A DNA stretch of 64,000 nt, from IMG/VR virus record IMGVR_UViG_3300046787_000302, positions 1 to 64,000 of that record; one strand, 5' to 3'. Below are positions 17,165 to 26,575 of this stretch, piece after piece. The notes under the pieces were generated by a model. The model did no database searches. It was not told where the DNA came from and saw only the letters and a program-made list of their open reading frames with translations. Both the position numbers and the translations under genes were made by a program. The stretch is from a virus. Its lineage: Duplodnaviria; Heunggongvirae; Uroviricota; Caudoviricetes. Every line of letters begins with the position of its first letter. Position 1 is the stretch's first letter.

Positions 17165-18003
17165 TGGCATTAATATTTAAGGCAGAGAATCACGAGTATT
17201 CATCTGTTGGGGAAGAAGAACAAATAGATTGGATTAGCGCGACTAGCTTTATTGGCTTTTTCAAACAGGACTTTAATGCTCCAGAGCAAGCAAAGAAATC
17301 TGCAAAGAACAAGAAGTCAAAGTGGTATGGGATGAGCGAAGAGGAAATCTTGAACGCTTGGTCATCTGAGGCAAAGAGAGCAACTGATTTAGGTACATGG
17401 TATCACAATCAGAGAGAAGAAGATCTATGTGCGTTAAACACAATTGTTAGAGAAGGTGTTGAAGTACCTGTTTATCCTCCAGTTGTTATTGATGGTTTGA
17501 AATATGCTCCATCTCAAAAACTTGGCGAAGGTGTTTATCCAGAGCACTTTGTTTATTTGAAATCGTTTGGTATCTGTGGACAGTCTGACTTAACTGAGGT
17601 AATTACTCAAAAGGTGAATATTGATGACTACAAGACAAACAAAGAAATAAACACAGAGTCCTACAAAAACTGGGAGGGTAAGTCACAAAAGATGAAATAT
17701 CCTGTGTCTCATCTTGATGATTGTAACTTTAATCACTATGCTTTGCAATTATCTTTGTATCTTTACATAATACTAAGACATAATCCAAAACTAGAACCTG
17801 GTACTTTGACCCTGCGTCATATTAAGTTCGAGAAAGCTGGTGAGGATAAGTTTGGATACCCGATTGCTGCACTTGATAACGAAGGTAATCCGATCGTTGA
17901 AGAGATAACAAACTATGTAGTTCCTTATTTGAAAGATGAGGTTGTTGCAATGCTTGATTACTTACAAGAGTTCAGACCCAAGTTTAAAAAGAAGAAGAAA
18001 TAA
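17164..18003 (+). CDS. putative PD-(D/E)XK-family nuclease
   Basis: CGQSDLTEV...NIDDYKT matches the D...(D/E)xK arrangement; basic C-terminus. The assignment is weak. Confidence 0.3.
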   Translation: MALIFKAENHEYSSVGEEEQIDWISATSFIGFFKQDFNAPEQAKKSAKNKKSKWYGMSEEEILNAWSSEAKRATDLGTWYHNQREEDLCALNTIVREGVEVPVYPPVVIDGLKYAPSQKLGEGVYPEHFVYLKSFGICGQSDLTEVITQKVNIDDYKTNKEINTESYKNWEGKSQKMKYPVSHLDDCNFNHYALQLSLYLYIILRHNPKLEPGTLTLRHIKFEKAGEDKFGYPIAALDNEGNPIVEEITNYVVPYLKDEVVAMLDYLQEFRPKFKKKKK

Positions 18004-18515
18004 TGGTAAGATTATTTGATGTACAGAATGGAAAGGTAATACCATCCGAACACTGTTACACGCTTGAGTTCTTAAAGAACATCATGGATGAGTACAAAGA
18101 AGATGCAATAAAGGTCTATACCTACTTGTTCTATTCAACATGTCCAAATCCAGATCTTAATCCGTTCTTTGATGTACCAGAGAAAGATAAAGAAGCAATG
18201 ATCTTAAAAGAGGTTGGAGCTGATTTTTCTCTTGATGATGAAATGATCCTGCATGCAAAGAAAAGATGTGAGCAGATGTATCAGACACCAACGTTTAGAG
18301 CTTATATGGGAATGAAGTCAATGCTTGATAGACTTGCAAAATACATGGAAGTTACCGATATTGAGCACGGAAGAGACGGGAACATAACAGCGATCATAAA
18401 TGCTGCTGCGAAGTTTGACCAGATAAGACAGAGTTTTAAAGCAACGTACCGAGACTTACAAGAAGAACAACAAAGTTCAGTAAGAGGAGGACAGAACTTA
18501 GCATACGATAGTTAG
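18003..18515 (+). CDS. hypothetical protein
   Basis: ORF; ATGA start/stop overlap with the upstream gene. Confidence 0.4.
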   Translation: MVRLFDVQNGKVIPSEHCYTLEFLKNIMDEYKEDAIKVYTYLFYSTCPNPDLNPFFDVPEKDKEAMILKEVGADFSLDDEMILHAKKRCEQMYQTPTFRAYMGMKSMLDRLAKYMEVTDIEHGRDGNITAIINAAAKFDQIRQSFKATYRDLQEEQQSSVRGGQNLAYDS

Positions 18516-18520
18516 TACAA

Positions 18521-18665
18521 TGTAGTGTGACGAAATTGGCAGACGTGCCCTCCTGTCTCGGGGGTGTGGAGCATCTGATAAACGTAGGATAAAGGGTTGA
18601 CCACATATAGCGCGCAATGTCCTACAGCTAAAGACCACTTGGAGGTTCGAATCCTTCCACTACAG
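18521..18665 (+). ncRNA. tRNA-like element with ~75-nt insertion (Asp-like GTC loop)
   Basis: Acceptor TGTAGTG/CACTACA, D-arm ACG-AAATTGGCAGA-CGT, anticodon hairpin CCCTC-CTGTCTC-GGGGG, T-arm GGAGG-TTCGAAT-CCTTC. About 75 nt lie between the anticodon arm and the T-arm. Confidence 0.25.
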
Positions 18666-18922
18666 CAAACCAAAACCAAATAGAGATGAGTACATTCATT
18701 GAAAGATTAAGAACAGAGAAACAAGAGTTAGACGAGAAACTAACAAAGTTAGAAGACTTCTTGGCAACAGATGCTTTTACTGCTTTAGCTAACATTGACA
18801 AGCTTTTGTTAGAGAAACAGTTTGGTATTATGACTGAATACAGTCGTGTATTAAACAGTCGCCTGATGAGATTAGAGCAGGCCAATTAGTAAAACTTGTA
18901 AAATCTGCAAGTTTTAATAATA

Positions 18923-18997
18923 GTAGGAATGGCAGAGTGGCCCAATGCACCTGTTTGCAAAACAGAAAAACCGGCGGTTCGAATCCGTCTTCCTACT
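18923..18997 (+). tRNA. tRNA-Cys (anticodon GCA)
   Basis: Acceptor GTAGGAA/TTCCTAC, D-stem GCAG/ATGC (3 bp), anticodon stem CCTGT/ACAG(A) with loop TTGCAAA, T-arm GGCGG-TTCGAAT-CCGTC. 75 nt. Confidence 0.6.
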
Positions 18998-19020
18998 CTA
19001 AACGAAATAAACGAAAACCA

Positions 19021-19302
19021 ATGACACAAGAAGTCTACACAGATCACGAGGTTGCACCTCACCCAACAGAACTAACTGCAGGAGAAAAGTTAGTAGGTAA
19101 AACGTTCAATCCATCAGGAGATAATAAGGTTGCAAAGGTAAAGGCATTATGTGCTGAATTAGCAGATATCATTTACAAGCAAGAGGAAAGCTCTGCACAG
19201 AACGGTACATTAACTCGTTTAAGAGCGACTTTAATTGATCGTGCTTTAACAGATATCTTAGTTGCTCAGATGGTTGTTGTTAAAACTTTAACTCTACCGT
19301 AA
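19021..19302 (+). CDS. hypothetical protein
   Basis: Start trimmed to the first Met downstream of tRNA-Cys. Confidence 0.4.
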   Translation: MTQEVYTDHEVAPHPTELTAGEKLVGKTFNPSGDNKVAKVKALCAELADIIYKQEESSAQNGTLTRLRATLIDRALTDILVAQMVVVKTLTLP

Positions 19303-19553
19303 TGAACTTCGGAGAAGCTTTAGAGCAATTAAAGTTTGGTCATAAGATGGCCAGAAAAGGATGGAATGGTACTGGTATTTTTATAAAACTTCAGTTACCA
19401 AGACTTGATTCAAAGATGACTAGTCCTTATATCTACATTGATACAACAGGATTAGAAACAGATAATCTTGATGCACCAACAGGACTTGTACCTTGGACCC
19501 CATCTCAGACAGATTTATTAGCAAATGATTGGACCCCAATAACAAATGGATAA
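19302..19553 (+). CDS. hypothetical protein
   Basis: ORF. Confidence 0.4.
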   Translation: MNFGEALEQLKFGHKMARKGWNGTGIFIKLQLPRLDSKMTSPYIYIDTTGLETDNLDAPTGLVPWTPSQTDLLANDWTPITNG

Positions 19554-20265
19554 TACAGTAGAACTTATAGGATTTTATGGAGGAGATCAAATACATGCAC
19601 TATCAGCTTGGACATCAACTTCGCGTGACTTTGAGACAAAGAAAGATCGCATGCCTGCGTTACTTGATATGCTTGCCAAAGACGGGCACCATACGCCGTT
19701 TGAGAAATCGTCTCTCCATTTTTTGGTCACAACAGATATTGCCTCACATATTCACCTTATTAAACACCGTATTGGTGTTGCTATTAACGGAGAATCTGCC
19801 AGATACAAAGAATTAAAAGAAGATAAGTTTTACATACCAGAAGACTGGAAAGGTATTACTGCTTCTGAACCTTTGTATATTCATGATGAAAATTATACTC
19901 GTGAGGATGAAGGTGGAGAACTATCTTGGAATAAAGGAACAGAGTGGGCATCAATCTTACAAGACTATACTGAAATAGGTAACTACCTGTATCACAATGC
20001 TTTAAAAGATTTGACACCAGTACTAGGAAGAAAACGAGCAAAGGAATCTGCAAGATTTTTTAAATCGTACAACTCTCAGATCACTGCTGATGTTATGTTT
20101 AACTTTAGAAGCTTTATGTTATTCCAGAAGTTACGTAATGATGAGCATGCACAGGTAGAAATCAGAGACATTGCTCAACAGATGTTAACCATTGTACAAG
20201 AGTTACCATGGGATCCATTTAAACACTCACTAAGCGCATTTGGTTATGCTAAAGAAGATAAATAG
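19546..20265 (+). CDS. thyX: FAD-dependent thymidylate synthase ThyX
   Basis: Signature KHRIGVAINGESARY matches the ThyX RHR-x7-S-x-RY motif. The length (239 aa) is typical. Confidence 0.65.
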   Translation: MDNTVELIGFYGGDQIHALSAWTSTSRDFETKKDRMPALLDMLAKDGHHTPFEKSSLHFLVTTDIASHIHLIKHRIGVAINGESARYKELKEDKFYIPEDWKGITASEPLYIHDENYTREDEGGELSWNKGTEWASILQDYTEIGNYLYHNALKDLTPVLGRKRAKESARFFKSYNSQITADVMFNFRSFMLFQKLRNDEHAQVEIRDIAQQMLTIVQELPWDPFKHSLSAFGYAKEDK

Positions 20266-20431
20266 TCACAACTATGTGATTCATTACAATCAATACACAA
20301 AACTCTGGCATGCAATACCAAGAGAACTGTATCAAGAATATTGGAACAAAGATCCAAAAGAAGATGATCGTATTATTACGATGGGAAGACTTTGTGACTT
20401 ACTCGATGCTTTAGGTATTGATGAACAATAA
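20240..20431 (+). CDS. hypothetical small protein
   Basis: ORF. Confidence 0.3.
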   Translation: MVMLKKINSHNYVIHYNQYTKLWHAIPRELYQEYWNKDPKEDDRIITMGRLCDLLDALGIDEQ

Positions 20432-20433
20432 TT

Positions 20434-22641
20434 ATGAGTAATCAAGCATATAAAGAAGTTCCAACTTGGGACAACGGAACCTGGACAACTACTACATTCT
20501 CAACAAAAGAAGAGTATGTAGAGTTTGTCCTTTCTGTTTTTAAAGAACCTGGTGAATATCAGTTTAATGAAACCAGTGAGATCTTTAACGAGCAAGCAAC
20601 AAACTTTAATAAGAATGGCTACTACTGTGACGCTCCTTTTAAGTCAGCAGACTTTATGTTCTACTGGGATACAGAAAAGGATAAATGCAGACAAGGTGTG
20701 ATCTACAAATCAGGTGACTTAACTTGGTATCTTTGCAGAGAATACTACATGTGGCTTAACTTTCTTCCTATCTATGATAAAGAAGAAAAGAAGTTTGGTT
20801 TTGCAAAAGTCCGGGATGCTCAGTATCACATGGCTTTGTATGAACACCTTGCAGAACTTCATTATAGACATGCTATTATTCTAAAGAAACGTCAGATTGC
20901 TTCGTCATATTATCATATGGCTAAGTTTATAAACACGTACTGGTTTGAATCCGGAGCTGTTTTAAAGCTTGGAGCTTCTTTAAAAGACTACATAAACGAG
21001 AAAGGTTCATGGAAGTTCTTAGACGAATACAAAAACTTTCTTAACGAGCATACCGCCTGGTATAGACCTAATGAACCGGACAAGATTGGAGCATGGCAAC
21101 AACGTATTAAAGTACGTCAGAATGGTCGTGATACTTATAAAGGTTTGAAATCAACGATCAACTCATACTCCTTTGAGAAAGACCCAACAAATGGTGTCGG
21201 TGGTCCTGTGGTTTACTTCTTTCATGAAGAGGCTGGTATTGCTCCAAAGATGAATGATACATACGGTTTCATGAGACCTGCATTACGTTCTGGAGATATC
21301 ACAACAGGACAGTTTATTGCAGCAGGATCCGTCGGTGACTTGGATCAGTGTGAACCTCTAAAGAACTATGTATTAAATCCAGAAGCAAATGAGTTCTATG
21401 CAGTTGATTCTAATCTTATAGACAAAGATGGGACTATTGGAAAGACTGGTTTGTTTATTCCTGAGCAATGGTCAATGCCACCATACATTGATGACTATGG
21501 TAACTCTTTAGTTGCAGAAGCACTTGAAGCTCTTGAGAAACGTTTTGAAAAAGCAAAGAGAGACTTAGATCCAGAAGCATATCAGCTTGAGGTATCTCAG
21601 TCGCCAAGAAATATTGAAGAAGCTTTTGCAACAAGAAAAGAAGCAAAGTTTCCTACTCACCTGGTTACCAAGCAGTTACAACGAATAATTGATAAGCAAT
21701 ACCCTGTTGAGTATGTTGATTTATTCTTTAATGCTGAAGGTAAGGTAGAGTCAAAAGAGTCAAGAAAGCTTCCTATCATGGAGTTCCCGATTTCAAAAAA
21801 GACAGAGGACAAAGAAGGTGTTATCTGTATCTGGGAACGACCAATAAAGAATGCATCTTGGGGAACTTACTACGGATCTATTGACCCCGTTGGTGAAGGA
21901 AAGACAACAACCTCTGAATCATTGTGTTCTATTATCATCTACAAGAACTCTGTTGAGGTATCAAAGATTGATCAGTCAGGTTCAATGTCAAACTATGTTG
22001 AACCAGGAACTATTGTTGCTAGTTGGTGTGGTCGTTTTGATGATATAAATAAAACACACGAGCGTCTTGAATTGCTTATTCAGTACTACAATGCCTGGAC
22101 TATTGTTGAGAATAACATCTCACACTTTATTCAGCACATGATTAGTAGGCGTAAACAGAAGTATCTAGTACCAAAAGATATGATCTTATTTTTAAAAGAC
22201 ATTGGTGCAAATAAATCTGTATTCCAAGAGTACGGATGGAAAAACACTGGTACATTGTTTAAGAGTCATATGTTATCGTATGGTATTGAGTTCTTAAGAG
22301 AGGAGATTGACACTGATGTAAACGAGAATGGAGATATAATACATGTCAAGTATGGTGTTGAAAGAATACCAGATCCAATGATTCTAAAAGAGATGTTAGC
22401 CTATCAGCATGGTCTAAACGTCGATAGACTTGTTACCTTCTGTGCTTTAGTATCTTTTGTTAAGGTACAAGAGTCAAACAGAGGTATGTCTAAACGTGTT
22501 GAAGTCGAGGATGATAAGTTGCAGAACTCGCAAAAAATGAGTAAATTAACTATGAGATCTCCTTTTAGACATATGGGAGCTCAAGGTGGTGGAGCATCAA
22601 CAATGCGTAAACCACGAAACCCTTTTAGAAACATAAAATAA
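20434..22641 (+). CDS. terL: terminase large subunit
   Basis: C-terminal RNaseH-like nuclease motif YYGSIDPVGEGKTTTSESLCSIIIY (G.DP...G.D pattern). Large size and position beside the portal. A canonical N-terminal Walker A was not recognised. Confidence 0.65.
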   Translation: MSNQAYKEVPTWDNGTWTTTTFSTKEEYVEFVLSVFKEPGEYQFNETSEIFNEQATNFNKNGYYCDAPFKSADFMFYWDTEKDKCRQGVIYKSGDLTWYLCREYYMWLNFLPIYDKEEKKFGFAKVRDAQYHMALYEHLAELHYRHAIILKKRQIASSYYHMAKFINTYWFESGAVLKLGASLKDYINEKGSWKFLDEYKNFLNEHTAWYRPNEPDKIGAWQQRIKVRQNGRDTYKGLKSTINSYSFEKDPTNGVGGPVVYFFHEEAGIAPKMNDTYGFMRPALRSGDITTGQFIAAGSVGDLDQCEPLKNYVLNPEANEFYAVDSNLIDKDGTIGKTGLFIPEQWSMPPYIDDYGNSLVAEALEALEKRFEKAKRDLDPEAYQLEVSQSPRNIEEAFATRKEAKFPTHLVTKQLQRIIDKQYPVEYVDLFFNAEGKVESKESRKLPIMEFPISKKTEDKEGVICIWERPIKNASWGTYYGSIDPVGEGKTTTSESLCSIIIYKNSVEVSKIDQSGSMSNYVEPGTIVASWCGRFDDINKTHERLELLIQYYNAWTIVENNISHFIQHMISRRKQKYLVPKDMILFLKDIGANKSVFQEYGWKNTGTLFKSHMLSYGIEFLREEIDTDVNENGDIIHVKYGVERIPDPMILKEMLAYQHGLNVDRLVTFCALVSFVKVQESNRGMSKRVEVEDDKLQNSQKMSKLTMRSPFRHMGAQGGGASTMRKPRNPFRNIK

Positions 22642-22646
22642 ACCTT

Positions 22647-23390
22647 ATGGCTCAAAACCGATCGGAGCGTCATGCTGAAATAACCAAGACAATCCAAGAG
22701 CAAAAGGCTGAAAAGAAACGTCCAGTTAACTTTCAGTTACAGTTAAACGAGGAGCAGAAACAAGCAAAGGAGATTATACTACAGAACGCGGTTACTGTAT
22801 TATCAGGAGCAGCAGGAAGTGGTAAAACATTATTAGCTTGTCAGGTAGCCCTTGATATGTTATTTAAAAAGCAGGTAAAGAAGATCGTGATTACACGACC
22901 AACTGTCTCAAAAGAGGAGATAGGATTCTTACCGGGTGATTTAAAGGAGAAGATGGAACCATGGATGCAACCCATCTATGCTAACTTGTACCAGTTGTAT
23001 AACAAAGACAAGATAGACTCTGTCCTTAAAGATCAGTTAGAGATTGTACCACTTGCTTTTATGAGAGGTCGTACATTCTTGGATACGTTTGTTATTGTTG
23101 ACGAAGCTCAAAACTGTACAAACGAAAATATGATTATGATCATATCCAGACTTGGCTTACGTTCAAAGATGGTTATATGTGGAGATACAGCACAAGTTGA
23201 CTTAAAGTACAGAAACGAAAGTGGATTTAAGTTTTTGTTATCTGTTGCAAACAAGGTAAAAGATGCTGATTCATTTACGTTAAAAACAAACCATAGACAT
23301 CCAGTTGTCGAGTCTATGTTATTGAAATACGAGGAACTAGAAGAAACAATAGGTAATGGAAGAGCTAACAAAGGGACAGCAAAAGCATAA
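22647..23390 (+). CDS. phoH: PhoH-like ATPase
   Basis: Walker A VLSGAAGSGKT, a PhoH family block VITRPTVSKEEIGFLPGDL, and Walker B FVIVDEAQN. Confidence 0.85.
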   Translation: MAQNRSERHAEITKTIQEQKAEKKRPVNFQLQLNEEQKQAKEIILQNAVTVLSGAAGSGKTLLACQVALDMLFKKQVKKIVITRPTVSKEEIGFLPGDLKEKMEPWMQPIYANLYQLYNKDKIDSVLKDQLEIVPLAFMRGRTFLDTFVIVDEAQNCTNENMIMIISRLGLRSKMVICGDTAQVDLKYRNESGFKFLLSVANKVKDADSFTLKTNHRHPVVESMLLKYEELEETIGNGRANKGTAKA

Positions 23391-23712
23391 AGATAAGATC
23401 GAGTTGTTGTCAAGACTTATTGATGAGAAAGCAATTAATCTAACTGAAGCTTTGCTTTTATTATCAAATACAGAAGAAGTCGTAAAGCCAGTTAACCCTG
23501 CTTTACAAACAGCACCAGGAGTTAGAACACCATATGTACCAAGTCCTTTTAGTGCCCTTCCATATCGTGCATTTGATACAATGGTATATACTGATACTAA
23601 CGGAACAGTTTCTACTTTATCCCAACGTATTAATGGAGGAGACATAAGTGGTAAAATGACAACAGACGAGATACTACAAGATTATCTACAGAAAGTAGAT
23701 TCACAAGAATAA
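23356..23712 (+). CDS. hypothetical protein
   Basis: ORF overlapping the phoH end by 35 nt. Confidence 0.35.
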   Translation: MEELTKGQQKHKDKIELLSRLIDEKAINLTEALLLLSNTEEVVKPVNPALQTAPGVRTPYVPSPFSALPYRAFDTMVYTDTNGTVSTLSQRINGGDISGKMTTDEILQDYLQKVDSQE

Positions 23713-23723
23713 ATAGTTCAAAG

Positions 23724-26462
23724 ATGCAGATTATAAATGCCCTTGACGCAAAAGCGGGTAAAAAGACTGAAAATAACAAGATGGGTACTCTTACCCAGCC
23801 TGTCCAGTTTGTACCCTACAAAGAAAAAGATGATGAGTGGAGAGCTCATAACTTAGATTGGCTTGAGTTCCAAGGAATGAAACAACTACGTAGAAACTCA
23901 CGTAGATTGATGAAAAACTATAAGCTTGCAAAAGGTATTATTGACAAGACAGATTACATCGCTCAAGATGATAATGACATGTCTGATATCGTTGATATGC
24001 TAACTCAAGAAGATCAAACTGCTTTAGAGTTAAAGTTCTATCCTATCATCCCTAATGTTATAAACGTTCTTTGTGCAGAGTTCTCAAAGCGTGTTAACAA
24101 AATAACTTTCCGTGCTGTTGATGACTTGTCTTATAACGAGATGTTAGAAGAGAAGCGATCAATGATTGAGCAAGTGTTATTACAACAAGCTCAGCAGAAG
24201 ATGATGATGCAGATGATGGAATCTGGCATGGACATGGAATCTGAAGAAGCACAACAACAACTAAGCAAAGAGAACTTAATGACTTTGCCTGGTATTGAAG
24301 CTTTCTTCAAGAAAGACTATCGTTCAATGATTGAGCAATGGGCTTCTCACCAGATGATTGTTGACTCAGAACGCTTTAAAATGCAAGAGCTTGAAGAGCG
24401 TGCATTTAGAGATAGTTTGATCACTGACCGCGAGTTCTGGCACTTCCAGATGAGAGAAGATGATTATGAGGTTGAGTTATGGAATCCATTACTTACTTTC
24501 TATCACAAGTCTCCAGATGTTCGTTACGTATCTCAAGGTAACTGGGTAGGAAAGATTGACTTAATGTCTGTATCAGATGTTATTGATAAGTTTGGTTGGA
24601 TGATGACAGCAGAACAGATGGAGTCTCTTGAGACATTATATCCTGTTCGTGCTGCTGGTTATGCTATTGGTGGACAACAAAACGACGGTTCTTACTACGA
24701 TGGTACACGCTCACATGAGTGGAATACACAAATGCCATCATTAGCTTATCGCCAGTTTACTTCTTTATACGATTCACAGTTTGGTACAGGAGATATTGTT
24801 GAGTGGATCCTTGCTGATTCAGAAGACACAGTTGATTTTGGTAAAACACATTTACTTCGTGTATCAACTATCTACTGGAAGTCACAACGTAAACTAGGTC
24901 ACTTAACAAAGATCACAGAAGAAGGTGAAGTAATCCAAGAGATTGTTGATGAGTCGTTTAAGATTACTGAGAAACCGTTGTATAACACAACAACAGTAAA
25001 GAACAAGACGAAAGAAACATTAATCTTTGGTGAGCATATTGACTGGATCTGGATTAATGAAACTTGGGGTGGTATAAAGATTGGACCTAACCGTCCTGCA
25101 TTCTGGGGTATGAATAACCCAGGAGGTCTTAATCCTATCTACATGGGATTAAATGGTGGTAAACCATCACGTGTTCCATTCCAGTTTAAAGGTGATGCAA
25201 CTCTTTATGGTTGTAAGTTACCGGTTGAAGGAGCCATCTTTGGTGATAGAAATACACGATCAACATCTCTTGTTGATATGATGAAGCCTTATCAGATTGG
25301 ATACAACATGGTAAACAATCAGATAGCTGATATCTTAGTTGATGAACTAGGAACGATTATTATGTTTGATCAGAATGCTTTACCTCGTCACTCAATGGGT
25401 GAAGATTGGGGAAAGAACAATCTTGAGAAAGCATATGTTGCAATGAAGAACTTCCAGATGTTACCGTTGGATACAACGATTACAAACACTGAGAATCCTT
25501 TATCATTCCAGCACTACCAAGTACTTAATCTTGAGCAGACAAATCGTTTGATGAGTCGTATTAATCTTGCTAATTACTTTAAGACACAAGCGTTTGAAAC
25601 GATTGGTATCAATCCTCAACGTATGGGTCAGCAGATTTCACAGCAAACAGCAACTGGTGTTGAACAAGCAGTTAACGCATCTTATGCACAGACTGAAGTT
25701 TACTTCACACAACACAGTGACTACTTAATGCCACGAGTTCACGAAATGAGAACTGACTTAGCTCAGTATTATCATTCAAAGAAACCATCTGTTAGATTAC
25801 AATACGTAACATCAACTGATGAGCGGGTTAACTTCCAGATGAATGGTACTGACTTATTAATGCGTGAGTTGAATATCTTCTGCACAACAAAGACTAATCA
25901 ACGTCAGATCATGGATCAGTTGAAGCAGTTGGCAATGAATAATAATACTACTGGGGCTTCGATATATGACCTAGGAAACATTATTAAGTCTGAATCGATT
26001 GCAGAGTTAACTGGCGTACTAAAAGACGCTGAGAACAAGGTTAATCAGCAGAAGCAACAAGAGCAACAAGCTCAACAACAAATGCAACAAGAGCAGATTG
26101 CTGCAGCAGAGAAAGCAAAGCAGATGGAGATTCAGGCTTCAGCTGATCGTGATGACAAGATGATTCAAAAAGATATTACTGTTGCAGAAATAAACGCAGC
26201 TGGTAGAGGTTCTGGGTTTGATGTTAACCAAAATCAGATGTCAGACTATCAAGATGCTCTAAAAGATATCAGATCTCAACAACAATACACAGATCAGATG
26301 AGCTTCAAGCGTGAGCAAGAAATCAACAAGAACACATCTAATCAAGAGAAGATGTCTTTAGAGAGAGATAAGATGGGTGTAGAGCGTGAAAAGATGGATG
26401 TTGCGTTACAGATTGCACGTGAAAACAAAAACAAATATGACAAGCCAAAAAAGAAAGACTAG
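23724..26462 (+). CDS. portal protein (putative)
   Basis: 912 aa, immediately after terL/phoH and before the scaffold and capsid genes. Q/E/K-rich C-terminal tail. Confidence 0.5.
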   Translation: MQIINALDAKAGKKTENNKMGTLTQPVQFVPYKEKDDEWRAHNLDWLEFQGMKQLRRNSRRLMKNYKLAKGIIDKTDYIAQDDNDMSDIVDMLTQEDQTALELKFYPIIPNVINVLCAEFSKRVNKITFRAVDDLSYNEMLEEKRSMIEQVLLQQAQQKMMMQMMESGMDMESEEAQQQLSKENLMTLPGIEAFFKKDYRSMIEQWASHQMIVDSERFKMQELEERAFRDSLITDREFWHFQMREDDYEVELWNPLLTFYHKSPDVRYVSQGNWVGKIDLMSVSDVIDKFGWMMTAEQMESLETLYPVRAAGYAIGGQQNDGSYYDGTRSHEWNTQMPSLAYRQFTSLYDSQFGTGDIVEWILADSEDTVDFGKTHLLRVSTIYWKSQRKLGHLTKITEEGEVIQEIVDESFKITEKPLYNTTTVKNKTKETLIFGEHIDWIWINETWGGIKIGPNRPAFWGMNNPGGLNPIYMGLNGGKPSRVPFQFKGDATLYGCKLPVEGAIFGDRNTRSTSLVDMMKPYQIGYNMVNNQIADILVDELGTIIMFDQNALPRHSMGEDWGKNNLEKAYVAMKNFQMLPLDTTITNTENPLSFQHYQVLNLEQTNRLMSRINLANYFKTQAFETIGINPQRMGQQISQQTATGVEQAVNASYAQTEVYFTQHSDYLMPRVHEMRTDLAQYYHSKKPSVRLQYVTSTDERVNFQMNGTDLLMRELNIFCTTKTNQRQIMDQLKQLAMNNNTTGASIYDLGNIIKSESIAELTGVLKDAENKVNQQKQQEQQAQQQMQQEQIAAAEKAKQMEIQASADRDDKMIQKDITVAEINAAGRGSGFDVNQNQMSDYQDALKDIRSQQQYTDQMSFKREQEINKNTSNQEKMSLERDKMGVEREKMDVALQIARENKNKYDKPKKKD

Positions 26463-26575
26463 ATATAGCGATATAATCCTAGGCTAAGATAAATACATAA
26501 TACACATCAGAAGTTTATCTGAGAATATTGTGTATATTATTAATGTAGAGATACAGAAAATAAACCAACCAACAT

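Noticed and set aside
18628-18889. Minus 85-aa ORF (ending VVEGFEPPSGL) and plus 67-aa ORF
   Set aside because: The minus ORF reads through the GGTTCGAATCC T-arm, a classic artefact. The plus ORF 18686-18889 might be real but has no supporting feature, so it is not called.
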